Shown piece by piece: positions 51,140 through 64,000 of a stretch of 64,000 bases of DNA. Positions within the stretch are counted from its first letter, which is position 1. Every line of letters begins with the position of its first letter. The position numbers and the translations under genes were made by a program. The notes under the pieces are model-generated. The model saw only the letters and a program-made list of their open reading frames with translations. It was not told where the DNA came from and did no database searches. The DNA comes from Convolutriloba macropyga (taxonomy: Eukaryota): assembly GCF_964194025.1 (NCBI RefSeq), contig NC_134478.1, forward strand, positions 21,204,001-21,268,000. Reading direction: 5' to 3'.

Positions 51140-54100
51140 TGTTTTTTCTTTTATCATAAACACAAAAAAATACTAAAATATGTTTATTGGATCACCTAAG
51201 CAACGGATGATTTTAATTAAGAAACTAAATTGTTCAATTAGTTTTTGAGGGCAAGGAAGGCATTAACTTGAATTTATTGAGATCTACTGCGAGCAAAAAC
51301 TTTTGGTTTTGAGAAATTTTGCAGACCCTAAAAAGTTTTCCGTATAGATTGAGGCTCAAAAGAGACCATTATGGTGTAAAAAACCCTTGGTAACTATTCT
51401 TCGCGCATTATATTTTGATTCGGTTTTTACACAAGTTACTTCATAGGTTGATACATATGTCCAGCTTGTATGCATTATAACTGTCAGTAGACAAACTGTT
51501 TGACCGTTTTCGTTACATTAATAAGACTCAAAAATAGTAAAATAACACCACATTTCAAAAAATAAGGCACCGAACTTCTTGAAAATTTTGTTCTTCAGAT
51601 CATTTTACTAAGAAGAATAAATTGTTCACAAAAAAGTTTTCTTTTATCATAACTAACAAAAGAACACAAAAAATATGCTTGTCGAATCACATAAACAATG
51701 GATGATTTTAATTAAGAAACTAAATTGTTCAATTAGTTTTTGAGGGCAAGGAAGGCATTAACTTGAATGGAAAAGTGCGCAGATAGTTGAAGTTATCTAA
51801 TTGAGTTTAAAAACCCTGATTACTTTTGAAATTCATGAGAGAGAGAGAAAGGGGTGAAATAAAACGAGTGCTGTGATTGATCTAAAACTAGTTTTGCGAC
51901 TCACTCAACTCCTATTAGTTTACTCAATAACAAAAGCAAACGTTCAAATCACAAAAATTTGTGGGATATTTCCAGTCTTTCAAGTTCTTTTTCGGTAACG
52001 TTTCGATTTCATTTAAAATAAATTTTATGCCGATCAACAGGAATTCAATCAACTGAATTTTATCCGGCTATTTTATCCAATCAACTGGATAAAACTTTAA
52101 ATGCTCCAAATTCTAAAAAAAACTACAAAAAATATTTGGCAAGAAAATCCAGATACAGGATAGCCCGTTTTTCTAAAAAAAACAGTAAACTGTATCCACG
52201 CGAAATCTGTCCATCGTTATCGCAAATCTCTTCAACTCATAATTCAAAAAGAGGAATAATTAAGCTGACCAGATTTCATGTGGAACTCAGCTTAAGGCTG
52301 TTTACGGTTACCTGACAAATTTATACCTACATTTTATCGGTAGGTTTTTTTGTCGTTTTTCTGCAATTTAAAACCTTTAATTTTCTATCGATTTCCTATT
52401 GAACAATATAAAAAATTAGGGAAAACAAAAATGGACTAAAATTAAAAATTCCCTCAAATACGGGCTGTTTGTATTGTAATTTTGCTGAATGAAAGCTTAC
52501 TTTTGTTAACGAGTGTACATGATTTTTCATTTTAATTAGAAATTTTACTGACATCAGCTAAAGAAAATTCTTCAATCCGTAATTTTTTCCGAATTTTTCC
52601 TGTTTATAGTTAAACGAATTTTCAAACTTTTGTTAAATTACATTTTCTGTCTTTCAGTCTCAACGGCAGCTGATGTTATAATTGTTTAGGAGAGATGTCG
52701 TGAACATTATTAAAAATAAGTTTGAATTACTTTTTTCTGGTCATATTTTGTAGCCTATTGTTTGCTTTGAGAGCGCAAACAATTGTGATTTCAGATATTA
52801 GATGAGAAACATCAACTATGAAATAATGTTAATAAAAAAGCAAATTTTTGCAACGTTTTATGTGGTTCAGCTCATACTTGACATGAATTTATTGAGATCT
52901 ACTCCGAGCAAAAACTTTTGGTTTTGAGAAATTTTGCAGACCCTAAAAAGTTTTCCGTATAGATTGAGGCTCAAAAGAGACCATTATGGTGTAAAAAACC
53001 CTTGGTAACTATTCTTCGCGCATTATATTTTGATTCGGTTTTTACACAAGTTACTTCATAGGGTGATACATATGTCCAGCTTGTATGCATTATAACTGTC
53101 AGTAGACAAACTGTTTGACCGTTTTCGTTACATTAATAAGACTCAAAAATAGTAAAATAACACCACATTTCAAAAAATAAGGCACCAAACTTCTTGAAAG
53201 TTTTGTTCTCCAGATCATTTTACTAAGAAGAATAAATTGTTCACAAAAAAAGTTTTCTTTTATCATAACTAACAAAAGAACACAAAAAATATGCTTGTCG
53301 AATCACATAAACAATGGATGATTTTAATTAAGAAACTAAATTGTTCAATTAGTTTTTGAGGGCAAGGAAGGCATTAACTTGAATGGAAAAGTGCGCAGAT
53401 AGTTGAAGTTATCTAATTGAGTTTAAAAACCCTGATTACTTTTGAAATTCATGAGAGAGAGAGAAAGGGGTGAAATAAAACGAGTGCTGTGATTGATCTA
53501 AAACTAGTTTTGCGACTCACTCAACTCCTATTAGTTTACTCAATAACAAAAGCAAACGTTCAAATCACAAAAATTTGTGGGATATTTCCAGTCTTTCAAG
53601 TTCTTTTTCGGTAACGTTTCGATTTCATTTAAAATAAATTTTATGCCGATCAACAGGAATTCAATCAACTGAATTTTATCCAGCTATTTTATCCAATCAA
53701 CTGGATAAAACTTTAAATGCTCCAAATTCTAAAAAAAACTACAAAAAATATTTGGCAAGAAAATCCAGATACAGGATAGCCCGTTTTTCTAAAAAAACAG
53801 TAAACTGTATCCACGCGAAATCTGTCCATCGTTATCGCAAATCTCTTCAACTCATATTTCAAAAAGAGGAATAATTAAGCTGACCAGATTTCATGTGGAA
53901 CTCAGCTTAAGGCTGTTTACGGTTACCTGACAAATTTATACCTACATTTTATCGGTAGGTTTTTTTGTCGTTTTTCTGCAATTTAAAACCTTTAATTTTC
54001 TATCGATTTCCTATTGAACAATATAAAAAATTAGGGAAAACAAAAATGGACTAAAATTAAAAATTCCCTCAAATACGGGCTGTTTGTATTGTAATTTTGC

Positions 54101-56274
54101 TGAATGAAAGCTTACTTTTGTTAACGAGTGTACATGATTTTTCATTTTAATTAGAAATTTTACTGACATCAGCTAAAGAAAATTCTTCAATCCGTAATTT
54201 TTTCCGAATTTTTCCTGTTTATAGTTAAACGAATTTTCAAACTTTTGATAAATTACATTTTCTGTCTTTCAGTCTCAACGGCAGCTGATGTTATAATTGT
54301 TTAGGAGAGATGTCGTGAACATTAATAAAAATAAGTTTGAATTACTTTTTTCTGGTCATATTTTGTAACCTAATGTTTGCTTTGAGAGCGCAAACAATTG
54401 TGATTTCAGATATTAGATGAGAAACATCAACTATGAAATAATGTTTAAAAAAAGCAAATTTTTGCAACGTTTTATGTGGTTCAGCTCATACTTGACATGA
54501 ATTTATTGAGATCTACTCCGAGCAAAAACTTTTGGTTTTGAGAAATTTTGCAGAACCTAAAAAGTTTTCCGTATAGATTGAGGCTCAAAAGAGACCATTA
54601 TGGTGAAAAAAAAACCCTTGATAACTATTCTTTGCGCATTATGTTTTGATTGGGTTTTTACACAAGTTACTTCATAGGGTGATACATATGTCCAGCTTGT
54701 ATGCATTATAACTGTCAGTAGACAAACTGTTTGACCGTTTTCGTTACATTAATAAGACTCAAAAAATAGTAAAATAACACCACATTTCAAAAAATAAGGC
54801 ACCAAACTTCTTGAAAGTTTTGTTCTTCAGATCATTTTACTAAGAAGAATAAATTGTTCACAAAAAAATTTTTCTTTTATCATAACTAACAAAAGAACAC
54901 AAAAAATATGCTTATCGAATCACATAAACAATGGATGATTTTCATTAAGAAACTAAATTGTTCAATTAGTTTTTAAGGGCAAGGAAGGCATTAATTTGAT
55001 TGGAAAAGAGCGCAGACAGCTGAAGTTATCTAAATGAGTTTAAAAGCCCTGAAATACATTTGAAATTCATGAGAGAGAGGGCGAAATAAAACGAGAGCTG
55101 TAATTGATCTAATATTTTTTTTGCAACTCACTCGACTTCTATTAATTTATTCAATAACAAAAGCAAACGTTCAAATCAAAAAAAATTTGTGGAAAATTTC
55201 CAGTCTCTGAAGTGATTTTTCGGTAACATTTCGATTTCATTTAAATTAAATTTTATGCCAATAAACAGGAAATCGATGAAACATTGAATGCTCCAAACTC
55301 TAAAAAACGGCAAAACATATTTGGCAAGAAAATCCAGATACAGAATAGCCCGTTTTTCTCAAAAAAAAACAGTAAACTGCATCCACAAGAAATGTTTCCA
55401 TTGCAATCGCAATCTTCTTAAACTCATAATTCAAGTAGAGGATTAATTAATTTGACCAGGTTTCAAGTGGACTCAGCATAGTGCTGTTTACGGTTACCTG
55501 ACAAATTTATACATATATTTTCTCGGTACGTTATTTTATCGTTTTTCTGGAATTCAAAACCTTTAAACTTCTATCGACTTCCTATTGACCTATATAAAAA
55601 ATTAGGAAAAACAAAAAATGAAAAAAAAATTAAAAATTCCTTCAAATACGGGCTGTTTGCATTGTAATTTTGCTAAATGAAAGCTTACTTTTGTTAACTA
55701 GTGTACATGATTTTTCATTTTAATTAGAAATTTTTCTGACATCAGCTAAAGAAAATTCTTCAATCGGTAATTTTTTTCGAATTTTTCCTGTTTATAGATA
55801 AACAAAGTTACAAAATTTTTAAAAAATGCATTTTCTGTCTTTCAGTCTCAACGGCAGCTGATTTTATAATTGTTCAGGAGAGAAGGCGTAAGCAAGTATG
55901 AATTAGTTTTTTGAAGTATAAATTATGAAGTATGATATAAAGAATAAGTACGAGTTAGTTTTTTCTGGTGATATTTTGTAGACTATTTATTGTTTTTAGT
56001 GCTTACACACTTTTATTTCATATATTAGATGAGAAATCTTTCCTATGAATTGAATTTGATTAAAAAAAGCAAACTTTTGCAACATTTTAACTGGTTCGCC
56101 CCACAATTGACATCAATTTTTTGAGATCTAATGCGAGCAAAAATTTTTGGTAGACCCTATGATCCCTTTCGCAGATTGAGGCTCAAAATAGACCATTACG
56201 GTTTGAAATAACAGTGATAACTATTCTCTGCGCATGATGTTTTGATTGAGTTCTTACACAAGTTGCCTTATAGG

Positions 56275-56333
<59 letters not shown>

Positions 56334-56500
56334 AGCTTGTACGCATTATAACTGTCAGTAGACAACCTGTTTGACCGTTTTCGTTACATTATTTGGAATC
56401 AAACATTAGTAAAAGAACACCGCATTTCAAAATTTAAGGTTTCAGACTTTGAAAATTTTTGTTCTTCAGATCGTCTTATTAAGAAAAAGAAATAAATCAC
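51140..56500. repeat. Tandem array of a ~1615-bp unit (about 3.3 copies)
   Basis: The unit marker AATTT(A/T)TTGAGATCTA recurs at 51271, 52886, 54500 and 56115; copies 1 and 2 are nearly identical and later copies are more diverged. Confidence 0.95.
56277..56329. repeat. (TA)n microsatellite within tandem copy 4
   Basis: Direct reading. Confidence 0.95.
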
Positions 56501-59248
56501 AAAAAATTGTTCTTTAAAGGAACAGATATTTGAATTAATTGTTCCATGTAATAAAAAACAATCAGTAGTTTTACGTAAAAATCATCAATTTCATTGGTTG
56601 ACTAACGAATAGATTACTAAAATCTAATAGCCGAAGCTCTAAATAACGTAAAGTAGTTTTTCCTTACGATTTCTATATTGCGATATTATGCATACAAAAG
56701 GACCCTCGAAAGACAAATTACCATTGTCTATAAATATAGCCGACAGAATGCCAGAAACAAGCCACCTATGACAGCTCTTGGTTCGATAGTGATTGAAACA
56801 GGAAAAAAAAACAAAAATTGACAGATTTTTTTTTACAAAGTGTCAGGAGCTGAGCAGTTGAAGTTAGATTAAACAGAAATAATTTTCAAAAATATTTTCT
56901 GCTTCTAAATTACTAGGGCTACTAAATTTATAATAGCACCAGCTACAAATTTCTCTAATGACCTCTGATAACATATTACAAAATTAATTAATGTTCGGGC
57001 TTTATCAGTTTCTCCCGTATTTTCTGATTCTACTTTGACCACATTCACTGCTTGAGGTGCAATAAATTATAAATGAGCAAAAATAAGCATATTACCACTA
57101 CAAAGTGCAGTACACTCAAAAAGAACTTCATAACGTAATGTACTAAGTCTGTAGACTTAAATCTTGGAGCCCCTGCGTCATTGGTTTGTACTGTTTCTTT
57201 TGGTTTTGCTCTATTGACAATGGTTTTGTTCACTACATTGAAAAACGGAATAAGTTAAGTAATTTAAGTTCCGGTGCTTAAACCTCTGAACTAGACAAAA
57301 TAAATACAATACTATGAGTGTACTTCGAAGAACATTTTTTGATAGAATACAAATAGTTTTGAAAGACGTAGACGAAAATAAAGAAATTACTAAAAATTCA
57401 AAAACTTATTTTCTTGCTGTTTTTGAAAAATAAAATCAACCGATTTATTAGGTAGAGCGACATCGGCCTCAAAAACATTTTCACATTATTGGAAGTTTAA
57501 ACGGCAAACACGAACATTCTTGAAAAAGAAAAAAGACAGCACAAACGACATGGCAAAAATCAATTTCAACTAATTTCTATGAAAATAAGTTAACAAAGTT
57601 TTTAACGAAATGCAATTTTTAATCCGAGTTGAACCAATGTGAGCTTTGAATAACGAGTCAAAATGACAGAACCTAAAAGTTTATGAAAGATGAACATAAC
57701 AAAAATTAACGCTATTTTTAAAAAAAAACTGAGTTATGTCAGAATCGTTAAAATAAATTAAGAAAATATTTTAGTTGTGCCTCTCTATAGATTCAATGAG
57801 ATGCTTCATTAATGAGAAAAACAACGGATCAAAAAGAAGAATTATGGGAGAAAATAAAAAGATCACTTATGTTTCTTTTTTTTATGAAAACAAATGGCGT
57901 CATAGTTGCGTAATAGTTAGAAACAATAGCTCAATTTTGAGCGCCTGAAACAATTTTTGGACAAATGTATTTTTTTTAAATATATTTGCAAACCATGAGG
58001 AGATTAATAGTGAAAAAACTGACATTTCGGGGAAAAAACTCTTAAAAACCGAAAATCTTTTCAAACACAAATAAACCACTCCACTTTAAACGCTGTTTGA
58101 AAATTTTTATGCCATAACACTACTCAATTTCTGCTTCTCTTGCTACTCCATTCTGCTTAAAAGCACTGCTCCAATTTTACTTTTCGTTGACAGGAAGAGG
58201 CCGAAAAAAGCGTGAACAGTTCTTTAAAAAAGACAGCAGACAAATACCATTCAAAATCAATGCGTTGTACAAAACGAAAGAACCTATTTAAACACCGCTT
58301 CGAGGTTCAGGGCATCTATTAACCAATACCCAACACGGGCTAAAATTGATCGAACAAGGACCAAATTTGCAAACCAATTTGCAAACAGGAAATTAAAAAC
58401 TTGCAAACAATAGTTCGGGTTAGTTCCGTCCAAGATGTATCTACCTATCCTAACCAAGTTAACATCATATAGGCAATTTTTTATCAATAAAAAATGGAAG
58501 ATATCAACGCTGTTGTGTTGGAAATCAGTTGCAAAAGAATGAATAAATTATTTTGCCAAACTGACAAATAGTTTGTAACACACTGTGGATACGTTTCGAC
58601 TAGGGAGCATAACCTTACTCACTCTAACAGAAACATGGGCATGTAAAGACACCGTTAATAAGAGGGGTAGACTATTAATAGAAAGTAAACATGTAAGAAA
58701 AAAAGAAGAAGTTTTGAAATCAAATTGTATGCAAGCCTCGAAAACCAATAGCTATATGCTAGAATAAATGTAATTGAAAAGACTAACATAGACTTCTTTG
58801 GTAAGAGATTAAATGAGACATGTTAAAAACCAGTTGTTAACAAAAAATTGAAAAAAAATGAAAATTGAAAAAAAAAAGTTACACTCATTTCTCGGAAAAA
58901 ATTTAGTGTGAAATCAAACAGTCATGTATATCAGAATATGACTTGTCAGAGACGAACAGGACGTATCAATTGTTTGGCTATATGGTAGAACCAAGAAAAC
59001 GGCAGCAATAAGGGTAGAATTCAAACACTCATTATTTTTGACATAATTAACTCATTGAAAATAAATGATTTCAAAGTCTCAAAAAGCGTTAGATTTTATT
59101 TTAAATTAATAAGAAAACTCGAAAAAATCTCATAATGAAAACGAGCTATATGCAAAAGAATCACTGAATTGTTTTGAAGAAAAAAGTCGGGTCAAACTTG
59201 ATAAAACAGTTGCTTATGAACAGAAATTATCGAATAACTTGAAATAGG

Positions 59249-61783
59249 AACAAGGCGGCTCGATAATGTGCGATGGCACATAAGGTTCCGACCCCGCCCA
59301 TCCACAATTTTGGCAAAATTGTATACCAAATGAGGAACAGATAGAAGAACCCAAAAATTATTTTTTGCGATTCCCAAAAAAGCCCAAGTCTTTTTCAAAA
59401 AATTCTGTATGAACGATAAGATAGCCTCCAAAGCAAATAACTCAGTGGAGTAAAAATTGATGCATTAGATTGCTGTAATATGTCAATATTAAGAAAGCGA
59501 GTTAAGACGAACAGCAAAATCAAACAACAATAACAACAAACATTAATTACATCAAAAAATTTATGTACCTCTTAAAAACTAAATTTAATAACAAAGTCAA
59601 CATACCGTCAGATAAACCCAAAACTAAACAAAAATAAGTTATAAATCACCAGAAAACCTATGCGACCAGTCCATGAAAAGGTTTGGTAACAATTATACAA
59701 AAAAGAACAAAAACAGTACAGTAAAAAAATTAAGTTATTTTTTTGAAACAGTCAACTTCAAAGTAATAAATACCATTAGGAATCAATTAATATTACCACA
59801 AATTTACAATTACCACCCACTGTTTCTATAGAAGGGCATTAGGACCTGTCCTTATTCATTTTTTAAAGCGGCTAAAAAGAACACCAAAGAACAAACAAAA
59901 TTTCGAAACAAAATTACATTTAATGTCATGAAAGGCATTAATTACAAAAAGAGCTATTTAAATAGGGTCGTTTATTCATAAAAAGGAAGCCCTCGAAACC
60001 TGTAATTATCCAGAATTTTTCTTGCATCTACAAAAAGAACGTCAAATATGACAAAAATCACATTAATTTACTTTTGTTTTGTGAAAAACCGGTGTCGAAG
60101 CCAGTAAGGTCATAACAAATTCTTTAAAAGATTTTGGGACACCAATCCCTCTTATTCCCTTGACACCCATAATGTCATATTTGACCTGTAATTAACTAAC
60201 AAGATTAAGTAACAAAAAGAAACATAAAAAGAACAAAATTGCGAAGTTAAAAATTTTTTTTTTTAATTTTGGAAAACGATTGTTTTCAAAGTCATGAAAG
60301 CCATCAGCTATCTACTAATATCAGAATATCGAGAATATCGGTTCTTCTATTCTTCCATGAAAAGCCAATGAAAGCTATCACTTTACAGGAAGTTTCATAC
60401 GACCGAAACGACAAAGTATAAATGACAAAAGACTAATATAAAAGACAAAATGAAAAAATTCAATTGATTTCTTCAAGAAAGAGGCGTCGAGGCCGTTAAA
60501 ACGATGATGTATATATTTCAGGATTTTAATATGTTCAATTGTGCCTTATTTTGAATGCTAATAAGGTGACATGAGAACCGTCAATAATGTGATAATGTGA
60601 CAAAATTGGAAAACGTGAAAAACTGGCAAATATCAAAACAAACAAAAATCTGAAATCTTGTGGTATCAAAGCCAGAAAACAATAACTTCAGGCTTCAAAC
60701 TGCAACCGAGAATAAATGTTAAATCAGTACAAAGAAGAAGCAGTCTTTATTTGCTGGCATTAAGCTGGAAGTTGAACAAATTAAGAAAAAAGTAGAGGAA
60801 AAGTTAATTAAGCCATTATTTTTTGAAAAGTCAATTATTTTTAAAAAAAGAAACGACCAAAAACTTTCAATTAAAAACTAAATGCATTAGCTTGGAGCTG
60901 CTTAACAAGCGAATTGGTTGGACCTATCACTCCTGAGATTTGATTTGATATGTTCTGTTCTTTATTATTTAAAAAAAGTCCTTTTTTTTAAAAAAAAAGA
61001 CCGGTTGATTACAACCCGATTTTTTTGGATTGTAACAGTCCAAGAATGGCCCAAAACTAGCCCTGATAATACTTATTGTCCGTTAAGTACAACTGATTTT
61101 TCAAATGTTGTAGATATAGATAATTTGTTAGTTGAAAACTCAAAATAAATTAAATAAATTCTGCAATTTTGATAATCAACGAGTAAAGTTAGCAAAAAAC
61201 GGCAAGGTTTTAACTACAGTGCACTCTCAGTGGACTCTCAAGTAGAAATAGCCCCCCTCTGAGTCTACAAAGATTGTATGAGTGTTGTTTGGGGGTGTCC
61301 TGTCGGCAAATTTAATCAAAGTGGACTAAATTAGCTTTTTTCGTGCTGTTTTTGATGAAAAAGGCTAAATTTTGAAATGTTTATCAAGATTTTTTGGCCA
61401 AAAAAATTAAATCAAAACATTCAACAATGCTTGTTCGTCGTCGTTAAAATGCTTGTTCGTATCGTTAAAATCAACGACACTATTCTTAAAAATTATAACA
61501 AATTTTAGCAAAATTGACGAAAATTTAGGCAAAAATTCCGGAAAATGTGAATAAAAACAACGTGAATTCACTCTTCTTTTCTCAGAAGTTTAAACCTCGA
61601 TAACTCCCTGTAGAAAACGAAAATTAAAAAATCTTTTTAATTCCATATTCTACGCTGGACGAGCTTTCTAATGATACCAGTCTCAACTCTCTACGATGAG
61701 TACATCGAGCGGCGAAAATTCACGGAATAAAAAAAAAACCCAGTTGAGTATATAGTTCCTCCCCCTCAAGAGGGTCGGAACAA
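59249..61783 (-). mobile_element. Full-length HINE (inverted)
   Basis: Reverse-complement 3' end AACAAGGCGGCTCG..TGTGCGATGGCACAT..GTTCCGACCCC at 59249-59296; reverse-complement 5' end/core at 61590-61783; interior matches 41931-44404 (e.g. 59834 vs 43940, 59530 vs 44148). Confidence 0.8.
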
Positions 61784-63163
61784 AAAGGTAAAATCAAATA
61801 CAGTTGCTAGAGAGCCAAGGTTTTAAAAAGGCTTAGCAAGGAACATGACGACAAAACAAGTTTAAAACTGGTCAGAACACATAAATTACATATTTCTTTG
61901 GAAATAACTCTCGTCAGAGTCGTTAAAACAGTTAGAATTGAGCTTTGATCTTTTCATGAACTCAAATATGCCTCATTAGAGAGCCAATGGGACCTGCCAA
62001 TAATGAGACTAGGGGATAATGCAACAAGAAACACTAAAAGTGTAAAAGACAAAAGTTGCTAATTTCCGGAAACAAATAGCGCCTAATTCTTAAAGAGGTC
62101 TAATTCTAAAGTGGCCTTTTCAGGGGTTAAAGCAATTGCAACTATGTTTTACCAAATCATACATATCCCATTTGAGAGCATTCGCACAAAATCAACCGAG
62201 AACAGGATTCAAATTACCTACGTGACAAAAATTCTCTCACACAAATAAAAATGTATTTAAACACCTTGTTTTGGTGCACTTTGAAAGCAGTTCCAAAAAT
62301 TGCGTTCTTTAAAAATAGTCGCTTTTATAACTTTTTACTACTTCAGCGTGACTGTAATCACTACTGCAGTTTGACTTGACTTGCATCGATAACAACCAAT
62401 CCACAAAGTGTGAGAAGATCTCAAAAAGGACAGTGGACCAATACAAATTTCAAATTTTTTGAACAGTAGAAAGGCCCACAATATTAGCCGGCTGTGATGA
62501 AAAAATGGAAAACTATCAACAAGAGAGCAAAAAATTGTGGAAAAGCATAGTAATATAGCCCCCAGCCACTCAAGCAGTATCGGTTTCAGTAGGGACATTT
62601 TTGATAGTAAGAAAACTCTAATTTGACAGTGAAATAATTGGAAAGTTCGATGAATGAATTCTGCGTTTCCAGAGCTTTCGTATGTTACTACTTTCATTTT
62701 TCTAGGATGTGTATAAAACTTTCCGATTTGGAGAAAAAAGCAAAGCTCGCACAAATATTCCCCCCTTTCTGTAGAAATGTTGGAACAATTAGGGTCAACA
62801 GTGGACCCATGGACCCTGCTTGAATGAACTTCTGGTTAGTGTGAAATCTAAAGCAGTTCAAACAAGGCGCCCTTATTGTTATCAGCACTGTGCGTTATAT
62901 AGATCAAATTCAATATCATCAAAGCAGTAAAATTGAAGTCGAAGTGACCTTGCGTGACCTTGAGTTAATCATCATCTTCAAAGTGCCTCTGATTTGTTGG
63001 TACTAATAAGCCGAGCACCATTGCTTGCTGGTATAATTTATTACAGAATTATTTCATAACGCAACCCTTCTGAGCAAGATTGTTATTTGAACTAGATCAG
63101 TTTATGAGTGAACGTTCGCTCGGTTAAGTTCACTAACATCAATCGCCATTTAAACACAATCTT

Positions 63164-63482
63164 ATGTTCAGATCAATTGATGAAAGTTGCCATAAAATGT
63201 TTCATAATACAAGCCCTTCAAAAATTTTATTTTCTTTTATCTGGGGAACTTTTGTTTGTTTGCAACTGGCAGCAGATGCAGCATCGGACAACAACGATAA
63301 ACAACAACAACCGAATATAGTGTTTATCCTAGCTGACGACTATGGATGGAATGATGCTGGATTCCATGGGAGTAAACAGGTGTACACACCTGTGCTTGAT
63401 GAGATGGCCAGTGAGGGACTCATTTTGAACAACTACTACACACTACCTATGTGCACTCCTAGCAGGGCTGCTCTCATGACAG
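63164..63482 (+). CDS. Exon 1 of an arylsulfatase B/I/J-like sulfatase (gene continues beyond the window)
   Basis: Signal-peptide-like N-terminus, [27 protein letters not shown], and the formylglycine motif [11 protein letters not shown]; donor G|gtgaat at 63483. The second Met (63198) is an alternative start. Confidence 0.92.
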
Positions 63483-63506
63483 GTGAATAAAAACCTAGAA
63501 TACTAC

Positions 63507-63815
63507 CCCAGGTTGAGGTCCTCGTTCAAAAGTCCTTATGAAAATACCCATCCAGACTATTTTTGCTTATGAAAATACCCAGGCAGACCAAAAATGCCTA
63601 TGATCCAGACTTTGCCTCGTTCAAAATTTTGTTGCGTTTATGTGCTCGTTCAAGAACTCTTATGAAAAGACCCGTACAGACCAAAAAGCGATATGATCCA
63701 GACTTTGGCTCGTTCGATTTATGAAAAGACTCAGAAAGACCGAAAAAGTTTATGATCCAGACTTTGGCTCGTTCAATTTATGAAAAGACAGGAGCTAAGA
63801 CATACCGACAAAAAT
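63507..63815. mobile_element. Left end of a CACTA/EnSpm-like element with subterminal tandem repeats, in the sulfatase intron
   Basis: CCCAGGTTGAGGTCC terminus identical to 45612, followed by repeated TATGAAAA(T/G)AC and ATCCAGACTTTG(G/C)CTCGTTC units; right end not seen. Confidence 0.65.
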
Positions 63816-64000
63816 GGCGTACGAAACGTCGCTATTTGTTGGTTTCATCGGTTTTGCTTGTATTAAGCGTGGGTTTTTTCGGTTTCGTAGAAGTAATCCG
63901 TATTGGTTGTGAGAAGCGTCGGATAATCGAAATTGCCAGTTTCAAATTGCCAGTTGTAATAAAGTCATCGTCCTATCATCGTTAAGTAGTTGTGGTAGTA

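Noticed and set aside
62338-62888. 138-aa and neighbouring ORFs upstream of the sulfatase
   Set aside because: No motifs or splice support; composition typical of AT-rich non-coding DNA.
1-64000. Prokaryotic defence or operon-type system
   Set aside because: No operon structure or dense coding; all recognisable genes are split by spliceosomal introns.

Overview
AT-rich, intron-containing eukaryotic DNA, almost certainly from an invertebrate animal (LRRC34, an ARSB-type sulfatase, a BEL/Pao retrotransposon and GT-AG introns). Most ORFs in the supplied track are spurious or are single exons read through their splice sites. Genes I could reconstruct: (1) a two-exon metacaspase-like (clan CD, caspase-hemoglobinase fold) protease, 11411-12023 joined to 22219-22445, 279 aa, with intact H134/C172 dyad (YYTGHG, DSCYSG) and a 10.2-kb TE-filled intron; (2) LRRC34, with 7 well-supported exons from 33660 to 50091 and tentative 5' exons; (3) exon 1 of an arylsulfatase B-like gene at 63164-63482; (4) a tentative small coiled-coil gene on the minus strand (6635-6490, 1537-1366, possibly 1291-1262). 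Most of the rest is repeats: a decayed BEL/Pao element, at least 5 Helentron/DINE-1-like non-autonomous elements (HINEs) with covarying terminal hairpins, several CCC-terminated CACTA/EnSpm-like MITEs with 2-bp TSDs, a ~580-bp foldback palindrome, tRNA-derived SINEs, a ~1.6-kb tandem array, and a gap-flanked near-identical duplication that is probably an assembly artefact. The most notable observation is the spliced, apparently intact metacaspase-type protease in what looks like an animal genome, since animals are generally described as having caspases and paracaspases but not metacaspases. All homology calls come from motif recognition by eye; no searches were run.
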